DNA of 64,000 nt, from positions 312,728,001 through 312,792,000 of the forward strand of contig OZ024742.1 in the NCBI GenBank assembly GCA_964016885.1, read 5' to 3'. Source of the stretch: Eledone cirrhosa (Eukaryota). Below are positions 24,149 through 37,210 of this stretch, piece after piece. The position numbers and the translations under genes are program-made. Below the pieces are notes generated by a model. That model was not told the DNA's origin and did not search any database. It saw only the letters and a list, made by a program, of their open reading frames with translations. Numbering within the stretch: position 1 is the first letter of the stretch; each line of letters opens with the position of its first letter.

Positions 24149-24599
24149 AAGAATGATAAATAAGATAGATTGAGGGGACGGGCGGGTTGGAATTGGAAAA
24201 AATGTCTTTAGATAAAAATAACAAGTCCATTCATGTTGACATCTCTTGCAAAACTGTTGGTGCTGGCATTTTGTGTATGATTTGTTTTTTAGAAAAGTGG
24301 ACGATGGAGTGCGTCTACCTGAAATGAAAAAAAAAACGTTTTGTAAAAAGAGCTATACTTGTGCACGTGTGTAAGCATGTGTGTGTGTGTGTGTTTGTGT
24401 GTGTGTATGTGTGTGTGTGTGTGTGTTATTATACATCCGTACAAAGCTAAGAAGAAATGTGTGTGTATATGTGAGTAAAAGAGTGTGTGTGCATGTAAGT
24501 ACGAAGCTATGAGCAAAAGTATGTTAATATAAGGGTGTATATTGTTTCTCTTTCTCTTAATTTCGAGTACATTTTTGACTGGCCACCTTCCTGGTCCAA

Positions 24600-25082
24600 G
24601 GTTGTAAAAGAAGAGAAATTGTCATCCCTTGAATTGCAAGAATGTTTTGCAAAGGTCTCAGCCATTTGTAGACTATGAATTAGGGAGCTTTGCTCTTTGT
24701 CCACAAATCCAAGTTCAGTCATAATTTGGTCCAAGCGGGTTGGTATATAACCTGTAGCTCCAATAATGATGGGTATGAAGCTGAAGGTATATCTTGGGTA
24801 CTGGATCTGCAAACTGCTCATCAATGGTCCGTAGATGTCCCCCTTCTCCTTTATTTTTCTTACACTGTTGACATCAAGTGAGCAACTGATCTCTACAACA
24901 GAGCACATTTTCAATGTGTGGTCCCAAACAACAATATCAGGCCAGCTGTGCTTCAATTTGATGGCAGTTTTTATTTTCAGATTCCACCAGTATTCTTTAG
25001 TGCCATCTATCTCAACATATTCCACCTCATTTGTTTTTAATTTTGTTTTTCTAAGTGCACTCCAGATGGTTCTAGCTATCAC
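24600..25082 (-). pseudogene. R4/Dong-like (RLE) non-LTR element, endonuclease-domain fragment
   Basis: EYWWNLKIKT..HSWPDIVVWD...VVEISC..D..V.KIKEK..IY..L...IPIIIGATGYIP is the PD-(D/E)xK restriction-like endonuclease pattern. Confidence 0.8.
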
Positions 25083-25299
25083 ATTGTATATGTATATGTG
25101 TGTGTATATATATATATGTATGTATGTATATAAATATATATATGTTGTCTCTATTTTTGTACTCCTGAAGTAGGGCTAAAGCTCGATATGTCAAACTTTT
25201 TTCCTCCTTTTCATATAAAGCGTGAAACTAATAAGACTTTTTGTACCTCTGTTTGTCATTTCCTTGAATTGGCTCAAGACCTTTGGTGCCATGCAGTTG

Positions 25300-25668
25300 T
25301 ACAGAAGACCCGACTGTCATTGCATACAAACCTACAGTCAGTAGGCACCTCTTAACCCAATGTACACCCCACCCCACACCCTACCCCATCCTCCCTCTCC
25401 TGTTCTGTCCACTGTGTCGATGACACAACAGTCCACACTGTAAAGTGGCCGTGTAGGAGACATGGGGAAAAGGCTCCCAGTCCACACTGTAAATGTGGTT
25501 GGTGTTAGGAAGGGCATCCAGCTATAAAAAAATCCTGCCAGAGATGCTTCCGTGTAAACGAGACATGGTCTCCCGACCATTCCTGCATTAAATGGAACAA
25601 AACCGTCTAACCCATGCTAGCATGGAAGATGAATGTTAAACGATGATGATGATGATGATGATGATGAT
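25300..25668 (+). mobile_element. RTE 3'UTR remnant
   Basis: cactgtaaatgtggttggtgttaggaagggcatccagc...(gat)n. Confidence 0.8.
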
Positions 25669-25857
25669 TATATGTATATATTAATTATCTTTCATTTAGA
25701 AGTGGATTTTTCAAGAATAGTTCTGTTTTATTTGGTGATGAAACAGTCTTGTAAAAGTCACTTCTAAATGAAATATTATTAAGTACTCTCTCTATGTGAT
25801 GTATTGAGTACCTTATTTTACACGTGGTTCCTTTCTGGTCTTTAATGGAATACCATT

Positions 25858-25935
<78 letters not shown>

Positions 25936-25950
25936 TTACTTCTACTACTA
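25858..25950. repeat. (CTA)n microsatellite
   Basis: Direct reading. Confidence 0.95.
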
Positions 25951-26580
25951 CACACACACATACAAACATGCATATATATATACATATGTACACAAATGTA
26001 TGTGAAGTGTGAAAACTTCACATTACACAATGCAAAGTTAATGTTAACAGTAATTACATACTGAAAATGTTCACCATTACTTCTCTGAGTGTTGCATTCT
26101 GATCTTAAAATTTTATTGCAATATACGCTGCATATCGAGGAGCCATAAATGTTATCAAAACTAATCTCATAAATACTAAGATTCTAACATTTAAAAGTTT
26201 AAAAATTTGAAAATTTGAGAATTATCTGTTAAAAGGAGAATTATTATGAAATACTGTAAAATATGAGGCAAATAGGGAAGATGTAGAGAAAAATGAAAAG
26301 AAATCAGAAGGAAGCATTAGAAAATAACAATGAACATGTGTCTACAAAGTCACACTAAAATATATATAAATATGTAAATGTAGTAATCTTCATTGCAAGC
26401 ATATCATGATAAATTGTACCCAGTACATTCTGTTAACCTTTAACACGCTGTTGGTGACAAATTGCGACAATCTACCCACATAATTGTTTCTACTTTTGGC
26501 ACAAGGCCAGCAATTACCCCAGTGCATTACTGGTGCTTTATTTTATCGACTCCATAAGGATGAAAGGCAAAGTTAACCTT

Positions 26581-26664
26581 GGTCAAGCTTTCAGGAAGTT
26601 TGATAAGGTCAAGCTTTTAGGAAGTTTGATATGGTGAGGTTTTCAGGAAGTTTGATATAGTCAA
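26581..26664. repeat. ~27-bp tandem repeat x3
   Basis: ggtcaagctttcaggaagtttgata repeated with variation. Confidence 0.8.
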
Positions 26665-27669
26665 ATGCTGGTGCTATGATAAAATGCCCCCTGTACAATC
26701 TGTAAGTGGAAGTGAGGGTGTCATGATAAAATGTACCCTGTGCACTCTGCTAAGTGATTAACATTAGGAAGGGCATCAAGTCAGAAAAAAAACACATGAA
26801 AAAAAAAACATAGAAGAAAACATGAAAAAAAACAAAAAAAAACAAAGGAAATATATGGTTAAGATGATGATATAAAAGACAAAAAGAAATATATGAACAA
26901 TAAAATTATGAAAATATAAAATATAAAATCAAATATGATTGAAAAAGAAGATAAAAGAAAGGAAGAAATGAGAGAAAGAAAGGAAGAATTGAGAGGGTGA
27001 AAGCAAGTATTTAGAAGAAGAAAGTAAGAACTAGACAGAAAGATGAATAGGAGGAAAGTAAATGTATGTAAGTATACAGAGAAGAAAGGATAAATAACGA
27101 AGTATAATGATATGTTTATACACAGAAGGTGATAAAGTAGAAAAGGAAGAGAGACAAAAGGCATGAAAAAGAAAAAAAAAACAAAACAGAAGAAAGAGAA
27201 GGAAAGAGAAAGACATGAATAAGAGTAGAAAGGAAAACAGCTCATCAGTACTTATATAATATAGTTAAATCAATCAGCAATGTAATTTGAAGTTCTTGCA
27301 ATTCTAAGAAAAGAAGATTCTGAATTACCAATAAGTGGTAATGGCTCTAACAAGACCTAGTTTATAAAACACCTTTAACATATAATTATGAGTTAGGAAA
27401 GAGAATACTGAATATTCAATACACATCAAAGAACTTACAAACATTTTCCCAAACAATTTTAAAGAAATTCCACATATAATAGAAAAGTATAAATATTCAA
27501 GCTGCTGGTAAATTAAAATTCCATATGAGATAGTTGCTTTGAGCATGACATTTCAAAGTATCTTGGATTTAACATATTTGATGATGTCAAAATGAAGATA
27601 TTTTCTGTGATGCACGTATTACATTATCTAGAACCCCTGAAATATGGTTTAGTAAATTCAACAACTAAC

Positions 27670-27907
27670 CACAATATTTTGATGTTTGTGATACCTTCCT
27701 TATTCGGTCACCAGGCATGCTTTGATAGAGAAGGCTATTGTGTTGTTTCTCTGAATCCCTAAAAAAATATCCAAGCTGTGTATATTTTTCTATACATAAA
27801 TTTGAGTAACTTCTGTCTGTCCTTGCATCACACACTAGAGGTGACTGTGGAAGGAAGCAATGATGACCACACACATTAGAGATGATCGAGGAAGAAGTGA
27901 TGACAAA
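27670..27907 (-). CDS. Possible internal exon with Kazal-like cysteine motif
   Basis: ctgttttctgtag acceptor, gttagt donor, 238 nt open; reads CGHHCFLPQSPLVCDARTDRSYSNLC. Confidence 0.3.
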
Positions 27908-28912
27908 CTACAGAAAACAGTGTCTAACATTCACTACACTTGTGTGTACAATCCAATCTACATACACACATTCACACACATATACACATACATGTCAGTA
28001 TGTTGAAAACATTTTACTTCTTAAAATTACTGTATCTACTCAAATATAAGTTGAACCACAATTTTATGTCTGAGAAATGGGCAAAAATCCAAAACCCATT
28101 TATAAGACGAGGCTGCTAATCAATACATTATGTTTAGATGGCATGGTTTTGAAATTTTCATGAGTATAAAATATATTTATGAAGTTTTAATATTTTGATG
28201 TTTAAAATATTTTAAGTGTCATTTAGAGCAGCAGTCACCAACAAGTGGTCCAAGAAAAAATGTTGGTGGTCCACAGAAAAATTTGGACATTATTTTCAAT
28301 TTTAATGTTTTATTAATAATAAAACAAAAATAATATTCAGTTAAAATATATTTTATAACACCCCTAAAAAATGTTTCTTCTCAGTGACGAACTAACATCC
28401 ATGAAAGAATTTTACATATATATATCATCTATCGATAATATGATACACATACGCTTCAGTATTGTTTAATAAAATGGAAGTTCTCTGATCATTATTTTAC
28501 AAATGTATTTATCTTTTTTTTTAAAATTCATATTAGTGGCCCATGGGATTTAAAATTATGAATTTAGTGGTCCATGAGGTCCGAGAGCTTGACGACAGTT
28601 GATTTAGAGTATATATTTCTCACCTTGTATTTGAGTATATACAGTATGTTTCATTTAACATAATCATAATCTCATGAGTAGAGGGTAAGTTAGTTGGTAG
28701 TGGAGGATACTCATTTGAACGTCACTTTCCCACAAGTATTGAGTGCCTTTTTTGTTGTATATAATTACTGAACATGTTACTCACTCGTACAAAACAGACC
28801 TAAAGGAATTCACTACAACAGTTAATATGACTGTAACAACTACTAACACAACTGCAACAATAGCAACAATAGCTATATTCCATAAAGAAATGGAGATATA
28901 TTTTTAGTTTAA

Positions 28913-29105
28913 CCCTTTAGCATTTAAACCAGCCATAGCCAGCCAGAATTCTCTCACCTCTTTCAGTTCAAACTGTCTGTAACTGGCCACTCATATTGAT
29001 GTTAAGGTATTGTTCTCAAAATACATAATATCAAAATCTCATAGATTCGATATTATGTGAAACGATGAAAATACAATAGTAAATATATATGTAAATGCTA
29101 AAGGT
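28913..29105 (-). mobile_element. piggyBac-type MITE
   Basis: TTAA|ccctttagcatttaaacc...aaatgctaaagg. Confidence 0.8.
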
Positions 29106-29996
29106 TTAAGATATTATTTAAAAAAAAAGATTTCCCTTAACCGTTATAGAGATCATTAAATACACTAGAGGGCTCAAAATGAATAGGGAATAGTTGAAAG
29201 AAATCAATTAAGATTTACTGAGACAAGTGAGAGAGAGGAGAAGCAGAGTGAGAAAAAGAGAGTGAGAGAGAGTGAGTGAGTGAAATAAAACAAAACAAGA
29301 TTGAAAGAAAAAGTATAATTAAGTCACAGAGAAAAACAGTTGGTGCATGTGTATGTGTGAGCGCATGTATGTGTATAGAGGATACTTATGTATTAAAAAG
29401 ATCAAATAATGAAAATTTGTTGGGAATGTTCTCAATGTAATGCATAAATAAAACTCATGACAATATAGTAAATGTAGAAAAACAGTTTCATTGTAAAATA
29501 ATCACTCCAGATATTCTAGCACCTTATTTACGTAGAATTTGAAGTTTGTGAAAATCATCAAAATATTGACCCCAAATATAAGCAGATTCCCATTTTACCA
29601 TCGACCTTTTGGTCACATATTCCTTGGTGTATATGCAAATATATATAATAATTGTTTCTCTGGGTGTACATGTAAAACATTCTGAGACAGCATATATTGT
29701 ATCTTTTAGTAGAGACTTCTCTCTTTTAAAGTACTGTTGTACTTGTGTGAGATAAAATGTTAAATTATGTAATGTCCAATATTATTAACAAGAATGTCAA
29801 GCCTATGAGATGATGGCTATAAAACTTATTAATATATAGCAGTTGTTTATTTGGTTTCATATAATGAAGCCAAATTTTTAGTCACAAGAAGCCTCGGTTG
29901 TACCACAACAAATAAATAAATAAACATAAAACATAAAAGTAGATTTAAACTATTTCTACAAATATAAATATATTATAAAAATTAGGCCCAGTTTAA

Positions 29997-31441
29997 CCCT
30001 TTACCATTTACATTACTCTATATTTACTATTGTATTTTTGCAGAAAGGCTTTACCTCACATAATTTTCTCACATAATATCGAATCTATGAGATTTTGATA
30101 TATATTTTGAGAACAGGGATATATATTTTGAGAACAGGAAGCAGGGACTAGAGAGAAAGGGCCTCAAAGTCAACATGACAAAGACTAAGGTCCTTGTAAG
30201 TAGACGAGAAAACAGAACCCAGATCCCCTCAGGGAAATGGCCTTGCTCAGTATGTAGGAAAGGTGTAGGTAGGAACTCCATTCTCTGCCCCAAATGCAAA
30301 CAATGGGTACACAAGAGATGTAGCGGGATCTCAGGAAGCTTAATTAAGAATGTAGGATTCACATGCAGCAGCTGTGCTGAAACAGCAAGCAGCAAACAGC
30401 CACAGGAAACAAGTACCACCAATCTCTGGGAGGGCCCTGTAGAAACAGTAGACAGCTTCTGCTACCTAGGTGACCGAATTAGCAACGGAGGTGGGTGCTC
30501 AGAAAGTACAATAACTAGGGTAAGAACGGGATGGAAGAAGTTTAGGGAACTACTACCACTGCTAGCTGCAAAAGGCTTCTCCCTCAGAATGAAAGGCAGA
30601 CTGTATGATGCGTGTATCCGAACAGCAATGTTGCATGGTAGTGAGACCTGGGCGCTGAAGGTGGAAGACTTACGTAGATTAGAGAGAAACGAAGCCTGCA
30701 TGCTCCGATGGATGTGTAACAGTAATATACGTGAACGACAAAGCATAAAGGAATTGAGAGAGAGACTGAGCATAAGAGGAATCAAATGCTGCGTGCAGGA
30801 GAGGCGGTTACGCTGGTATGGACATGTGATGCGTATGAAGGATGACAGCTGCATAAAAAGGTGCAGAGCACTAGAAATTGATGGAAACCGCGGAGTGGGG
30901 AGACCCAAGATGACTTGGGATGAGGTGATAAAAGCCGACCTTACCCAACTACACCTCTCAAAGTCAATGACACACGACCGTGACTTCTGGCGTCACGCAG
31001 TAATACAGGGTACCCGACCTCCCATGGGTACAAGCTGAAGCATATAAACAATATGCCCCCACTGCCCCCACCGCAAGGTGGTCGTGGAGGTGCCACGGCA
31101 AAAAAGCACCCAGCCCACACTGTAAAGTGGACGTGTAGGCACCACGAAAAAGCACCCAGCACTCACTGTAAATGAGGTTGGTGTTAGGAAGGGCATCCAG
31201 CTGTAGAAATCAAGCCAGATCAGTTCCTGTATGAGCAAGGCATGGTCAGCCGACCAGACACTGCCCACAACAGGACAACCCGTCTAACCCATGCTAGCGT
31301 GGAAGAACGGACGTAAAACGGTGATGATGATGATGATGAGAACAATGCCTTAAAGTCAGTATGAGCAGTCAATTATGACCAGTTTGAACAGAAAGAGGTG
31401 AAAGATTCTGGCCAGATACAGCCACTTTAAATGCTAAAGGG
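29997..31441 (+). mobile_element. piggyBac-type MITE split by an RTE insertion
   Basis: MITE left part 29997-30135 and right part 31338-31441 flank the RTE; tgagaaca is present at both junctions. Confidence 0.8.
30136..31340 (+). mobile_element. RTE LINE, second subfamily, 5'-truncated
   Basis: ORF 30175-31038 (287 aa) with PHD-type finger and GRPKMTW end; (GAT)n tail. Confidence 0.93.
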
Positions 31442-31605
31442 TTCAGGAAAGTCCTATTAATACAGACACATAAGATATGTGGAAGTTTTGATATTTCAGT
31501 ATAATAAGACTTTCCATGTTTAAAACAAATTTCTAATTGTACCATGTTTGTATGAACAGTAGTGATGGTGGTGGTGTGGATGATGATGATCATGAGGATA
31601 ATGAT

Positions 31606-31785
31606 TTGGCAGTATCAGTAGAGGGTCGGATGCCATGCTTTGACTCAAAGAGTTACGTCCCTTTACGATCTGAGTTCAAATTCCGCCAAGGTTAACTTTG
31701 CCTTTCATCCTTACGGGGTCGCTAAAATAAAGTACCAGTAATGTACTGGGTAATTGCTGGCCTTGTACCAAAAGTAGAAACAATT
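31606..31785 (+). mobile_element. tRNA-derived SINE (family A)
   Basis: Family A consensus. Confidence 0.85.
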
Positions 31786-31951
31786 ATTTGTATTTTGCTG
31801 CTGCTCTGTTTCACCAGTATTGAAATTGGAGAAATGTTGTCTTTATTCTTATTGTTTAACTTCAAGTCAGCCTAGTTCAGAAGACATTCTTGTTGTGACC
31901 ACTTCATCTAATTTTTATTTTTGCAGAATCTAGGATTATATTATCTAATGC

Positions 31952-32030
31952 CTTCTTCTTCTTCTTCTTCTTCTTCTTCTTCTTCTTCTTCTTCTTCTTC
32001 TTCTTCTTCTTCTTCTTCTTCTTCTTCTTC
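31952..32030. repeat. (CTT)n microsatellite, probably the tail of a minus-strand LINE remnant at 32030-32330
   Basis: Direct reading; adjacent minus-strand sequence encodes WYYGHVVRM...GGRARGRP-like RTE C-terminus. Confidence 0.7.
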
Positions 32031-32766
32031 TCCCACTTATTCCTGAGAGGGTCATGGGTGAAGAATCCTCAAACACTCCTTCCAGAGGGTCCTGTCAGAA
32101 GCAACTGTTTCCAAATGATTCAGCTGGATCCCCAAGCAAGTATATGGATATTATCCAACGATATTGCTCAGGGTCTACCCCTGGCTCTCCCGCCAGTTGG
32201 TTTTGCCCGTAAAATCAGTCAAGCAATTCTTTTCTGAGACATTCTAACCACATGTCCATAGTACCAGAGCTTGTTCTTGCTTGCTTGAAACAGTAAGTTG
32301 TAATTTGAGGAAGATATAGTAGTTATTTCTTGCAAGTCTACTGGCTACATAAAGCCTGCTTTGTTGGCACGATTGGAGTTATATTAATATTGACTTCAAA
32401 CATTGGATGCAGCATGGCTGAATGGTTAAAGAGTTTGTTTCACAATCATTAGGTCCCAGGTTTGATCCCACTGTGTGATATATTGGCCAAGTGTAATTTA
32501 TAACCTCAAGTCAACTCAAGACTTGTGAATGAAATTGGGGAGATGAAAACTATTTGGAAACTTATCAGATGACTGTATTTGTAATTTAAATGGCCAACCT
32601 TGTTACACACTGTGTCATACTGAATTTCCCTGAGGATTAGATTAAGGGTATGTGTGTTTGTGGAATGCTCAGCCACCTAGAAGTTAATTTCATGAGCATG
32701 CTGTTCTATTGATTGAACCACTGGAACACTCATAATATTTTACTCTTTTATCATTTACTTACTGAT

Positions 32767-32957
32767 AATTGTTTCTACTTTTGGCACAAGGCCAGCAATT
32801 ACCCCAGTGTATTACTGGTACTTTATTTTATTGACCCCGTAAGGATGAAAGGTAAAGTTAACTTTGGTGGGATTTGAACTCAGATCATAAAGGGCCGTAA
32901 TTCAATGCTGCAAAGCATGGCGCCTGAGCCTCTACTGATACTACAAATCCACCGCCC
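32767..32957 (-). mobile_element. tRNA-derived SINE (family A)
   Basis: Full-length family A copy; tttacttactgataat is duplicated at both flanks. Confidence 0.85.
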
Positions 32958-33171
32958 AACATTTACTTACTGATAATATTGATTGACTGGAGATATATTC
33001 CCTGTAAGCATATGTTTTGAAATATGCAATATTAATTTATTTTTGTTTGTCTAGCCCCAACCAATATACATGTGCATCATTGTGCATGAAGGTATATAAT
33101 GGATTGTTCATCAGTTTCAACAATTAGCAGTCAGTTGTTCAATCAACTGGTTATCCAACTCATTTCATTAA

Positions 33172-33603
33172 CCCTTTAGCATTTAAACTAACCATATCCA
33201 GACAGAATTCTCTCACTTCTTTCTGTTCAAACCACCCATAATCAGCTGCTCATACTGATGTTAAGGCATTGTCCTCAAAATAAATAATATCAAAATCTCA
33301 TAGATTCAATATTATATGAGATAATTGTTTCTACTTTTGGCACAAGGCCAGCAATTACCCAGTACATTACTGGTACTTTATTTTATCGACCCCGTAAGGA
33401 TGAAAGGTAAAGTTAACATCGACGGGATTTGAACTCAGAATGGAAAGGGGCGTAACTCTATGCGTCAAAGCATGGCGTCCGACCCTCTACTGATACTGCC
33501 AATCCACCGCCCCTTTTATTATATGAGATAATGATGTGAGGTAAAGCTTTTACCACAAAAATACAATAATATATATATATATAGTAATGTAAATGCTAAA
33601 GGG
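33172..33603 (-). mobile_element. piggyBac-type MITE with nested family A SINE (33321-33512)
   Basis: TTAA-flanked TIRs; SINE flanked by target-site duplication attatatgagataat. Confidence 0.88.
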
Positions 33604-33814
33604 TTAATGTGTTAGTGGCTGAATATTCCACAGTTAAGTGCATTCTTAATGTAATTTTCAAGCCAATTAAATATAACACAATATGTGACAAGGTTGGACT
33701 TTTGAATTACAGATACAACCCTTCCAATGAATCTCCACACAGTTTCTGTCAACCCAATTTTTCTCACAAGGCTTCAGTTGATCTGAGGCAATATGATCTG
33801 AGGCACTTGTTTAA

Positions 33815-34035
33815 CCATTTACCATTTACATTACTCTATATTTACTATTGCATTTTCACAGTAAAGGCTTTACCTCACATAATTATCTCACATAGTATCG
33901 AATCTATGAGATTTTGATATTATTTATTTTGAGAACAACACCTTAACATCAGTATGAGTGGCCGGTTACAGCTGGTTTGAACAGAAAGACGTGAGAGATC
34001 TCTGGCTGAACACAGCCAGTTTAAATGCTAAAGTG
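33815..34035 (+). mobile_element. piggyBac-type MITE
   Basis: TTAA-flanked, family internal sequence. Confidence 0.8.
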
Positions 34036-34768
34036 TTAAGATGTTCTGCATAGGATTGAACCTGAAACCTTATGGTTGCCATCTTTCTTAACCACTTAAC
34101 TATTGCTTTACTCACATGAATGCATATACAGATATATTCTCCAAACTTTTTACCACCTCCTACTCCTCATCATACTCATTCTTTTTAGGAGGGGTGGGGC
34201 TTCATGACCTTAACCATTGACCTTCTACCACCTACCAACCACATGACAACCCTCACCTTGCTGATTTCTTTTCTCCCCACACTGTCTAACTTTATTTGTA
34301 GTCACTCAACACAGCTCTGATTTCTCTATATCACCTCATGCCATACAAACTTACTAATTTTATTAAACTATAAATCTTGTATGGATTTCCCATGGTAAAA
34401 TTAATACAAGTTGAACAATGAGTCTATATTGAATGCCAACATTATATATTCTAAATACTGAATGAGAAAATTTAGAAATATGCCTACGTAATATACAGAC
34501 TTATGGGTCACATATGACCTCTTTAGACTTCATATGAAGTCTTTGAAATAATACTGATAAGAAACAATGCTTATAAGAATAACCTGGCAAAAATAATGTG
34601 ATATACAGAAGGATTTCTTTGACATATGAATGGCAAAGCAAAACTCATAATCAAAATCCAGCTTGTAGACTTGCTCCCCATATACAGCATCATGATACTA
34701 CTACTGGTCTCACACTTTGTTGCAGATCTCCATCTTCAATTGCTTGCAGTGACAGAACTCCCCCCCCC

Positions 34769-34811
<43 letters not shown>

Positions 34812-35142
34812 AGCAGGGAAAAGTGGACATATGATGATGATGATATATATGTATAATAAATAAAATAAAATATAACAGAATAATGGTTTATATTTTTATT
34901 TCTATATTTAGGAGTCATAATCCCCTTTTCAACAGTCAATACATTATCACATATTTAATCTATCAATTATACTTCTCTTTCCCACCAAATAAACTAGAAT
35001 GAATGGCACAATTTCCCATGTCTTGTTAATAATCGAAACATCTCAGATATGGTGGAATAAATGGACTTCTAGTAGTTTCAGCCCTCTACAGCCTGAGTTG
35101 AAACACCTTTAACTATTTCATTACCATCATCCAACCACATTT

Positions 35143-35610
35143 GCACCCAGCACTCACTGTAAATGTGGTTGGTGTTAGGAAGGGCATCCAGCTATAGAAA
35201 CCAAGACAGAAACAGTTGTGTGTGAACAAGATACGATCACCTGACCCAACTAACCTCAAACGGGACAACTCATCTAACCCATACTAGCGTGGAAAAATGG
35301 ACGTTAAATGATGATGATGATGATGATTGCCATTTAATGTTCATTTTCTATGCTAGCATGTGTTAGATGAGTTGTCCCATTGTGAGACATCAGATCAGAT
35401 AACCATGTCTTGCTCATAGAGAACTATTTATAGCTTGGTTTCTATGGGTCGATGCCCTTCCTAATGCCAACCACATTTACAGTGTGGACTGGGTGCTTTT
35501 TATCATGGCACCAAAAGGACCAACTGACAGGTTGGACTGGTACTTTTTCATCATGTCACTGGCATGACCACCTTACAGGGTGGGCTGGGGGCTTTTTGTT
35601 GTGTCACCAG
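35143..35610. mobile_element. Two RTE 3'UTR remnants arranged tail-to-tail
   Basis: Plus copy 35143-35326 ends in (gat)n; minus copy spans ~35330-35610. Confidence 0.75.
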
Positions 35611-36580
35611 TAGTAGAAAGTGAGTGAGTGATAGTTTAGAAAGCCGAAGGTATATAAATCGCTCTATGTTTCACATCCTCACCTTTCTGACATCATAAAG
35701 TGATGGGGGCTTACATTAGCTGGATATGTGACATGTCAAAATGAATCTGCTGACAGGGTTCTTTTCTGAAAACCAGATGTGTGCAGACAAGTTGGGTTAC
35801 CAAACATCACACTGAAGAAAGTCCTCAAAGATGACACCAAGTGAGGTTCAAGGGAGCAATGCTAGACAAAGTGAGGTGGAGGAGGAACTTCATCATGGCA
35901 CCAATAATGAATGTGTAAAAAACCCCACTCGAAACAAACTCCTGAAACAGTAACCCTTCTTAGAAACAGCATGGCTGAATGGTTAAGAAGTTTGCTTCAC
36001 AATTATATTAGATCTTGGGTTCAATCCCACTATGTGGCATCTTGGACAAATACTATTCATTATAACATTAGGTCAATCCAAGCATTGTGAGTGAACTTGG
36101 GTTGATGGAAACTTGTTAGAAGCCATTCAGATGGACTGTATATGTAATTCAAAGGGCCAGCCTCATCATCCCACGTGTCATGCTGAATCTTCCTGAGAAT
36201 TACGTTAAGGGTACATGTGTCTGTCGAATACTCAGTCATTTGAATATTACTTTCATGAGCAGTAAGTTCCATTGGCTGAACAACTGGAACACTCATCATC
36301 GAAACCAATGGAAGTCTATTCTATTTAATCCTTTCCTTAACCATATTATAATGAAAGTCTGTCTTTTAATAGTGGACATTAAATTTTTCATTTACATTAT
36401 CCCTTTTAACTTTTTGTTAGCTTTATTTTAAACGATAAACACTGTCTATAATTTTCAACTTAGTTTGAAAATGATGAAGAACTTGGAGTGATTTAGTAAC
36501 ATAGCTAATGTTCTCACAACTAAGCTGATGTAGCATTAAAGTTATGATGGAACATTTTTCAATAAATATAAACACTTTAA

Positions 36581-36801
36581 CTCTTTACCATTTACATTAC
36601 TCTATATTTACTATTGTATTTTCACAGTAAACACTTTATCTCACATAATTATCTCATATAATATTGAATCTATGAGATTTTGATATCATTTATTTTGAGA
36701 ACACTAACTTAACATAAGTATGACCAGTCAGTTATGGCTGGTTTGAACAGAAAGAGGTGAGAGAATTGTCGCTGGATATGACTTGTTTAAATGCTAAAGG
36801 G
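36581..36801 (+). mobile_element. piggyBac-type MITE
   Basis: TTAA...aaatgctaaaggg|TTAA. Confidence 0.8.
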
Positions 36802-37106
36802 TTAAAGGAAACAGTTTTGTATAATAAAATAGGAGCAGTTTAGAATATAAGATGTTAAAATTTATATTTACTTCTTTTTAAAATTTACAATGACCTGTGA
36901 TATTTTTGTTTATTAAATGAAGTGAAGAGTTTTTCCAACAGTTTGTTTAGTGCAGAAAGCAGGCCAAAACAAAGGGCTGAGAGAACCCTTCAGTTGTATC
37001 AAAGACATTACAACCTCCCTAGTGTTGGTGTCATGATAAAATGCACCCATTACACTCAGAAAAGTGATTGGTGATAGAGTGAGCATCAGTGCTGAATTTA
37101 GGACAA

Positions 37107-37210
37107 ATGAGGTCCTGTGCTAGTTGAGTTATGAGGCCCTGTGCTAGTTGAGTTATGAGGCCCTGTGCTAGTTAAGTTATGAGGCCCTGTGCTAGTTAAG
37201 TTATGAGGCC
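37107..37210. repeat. 24-bp minisatellite x4.3
   Basis: atgaggccctgtgctagttgagtt repeated. Confidence 0.9.

Noticed and set aside
34583-34698. Minus-strand open segment YHDAVYGEQVYKLDFDYEFC... as an exon joined to 29.6 kb
   Set aside because: Poor acceptor, several competing frames, no recognisable homology.
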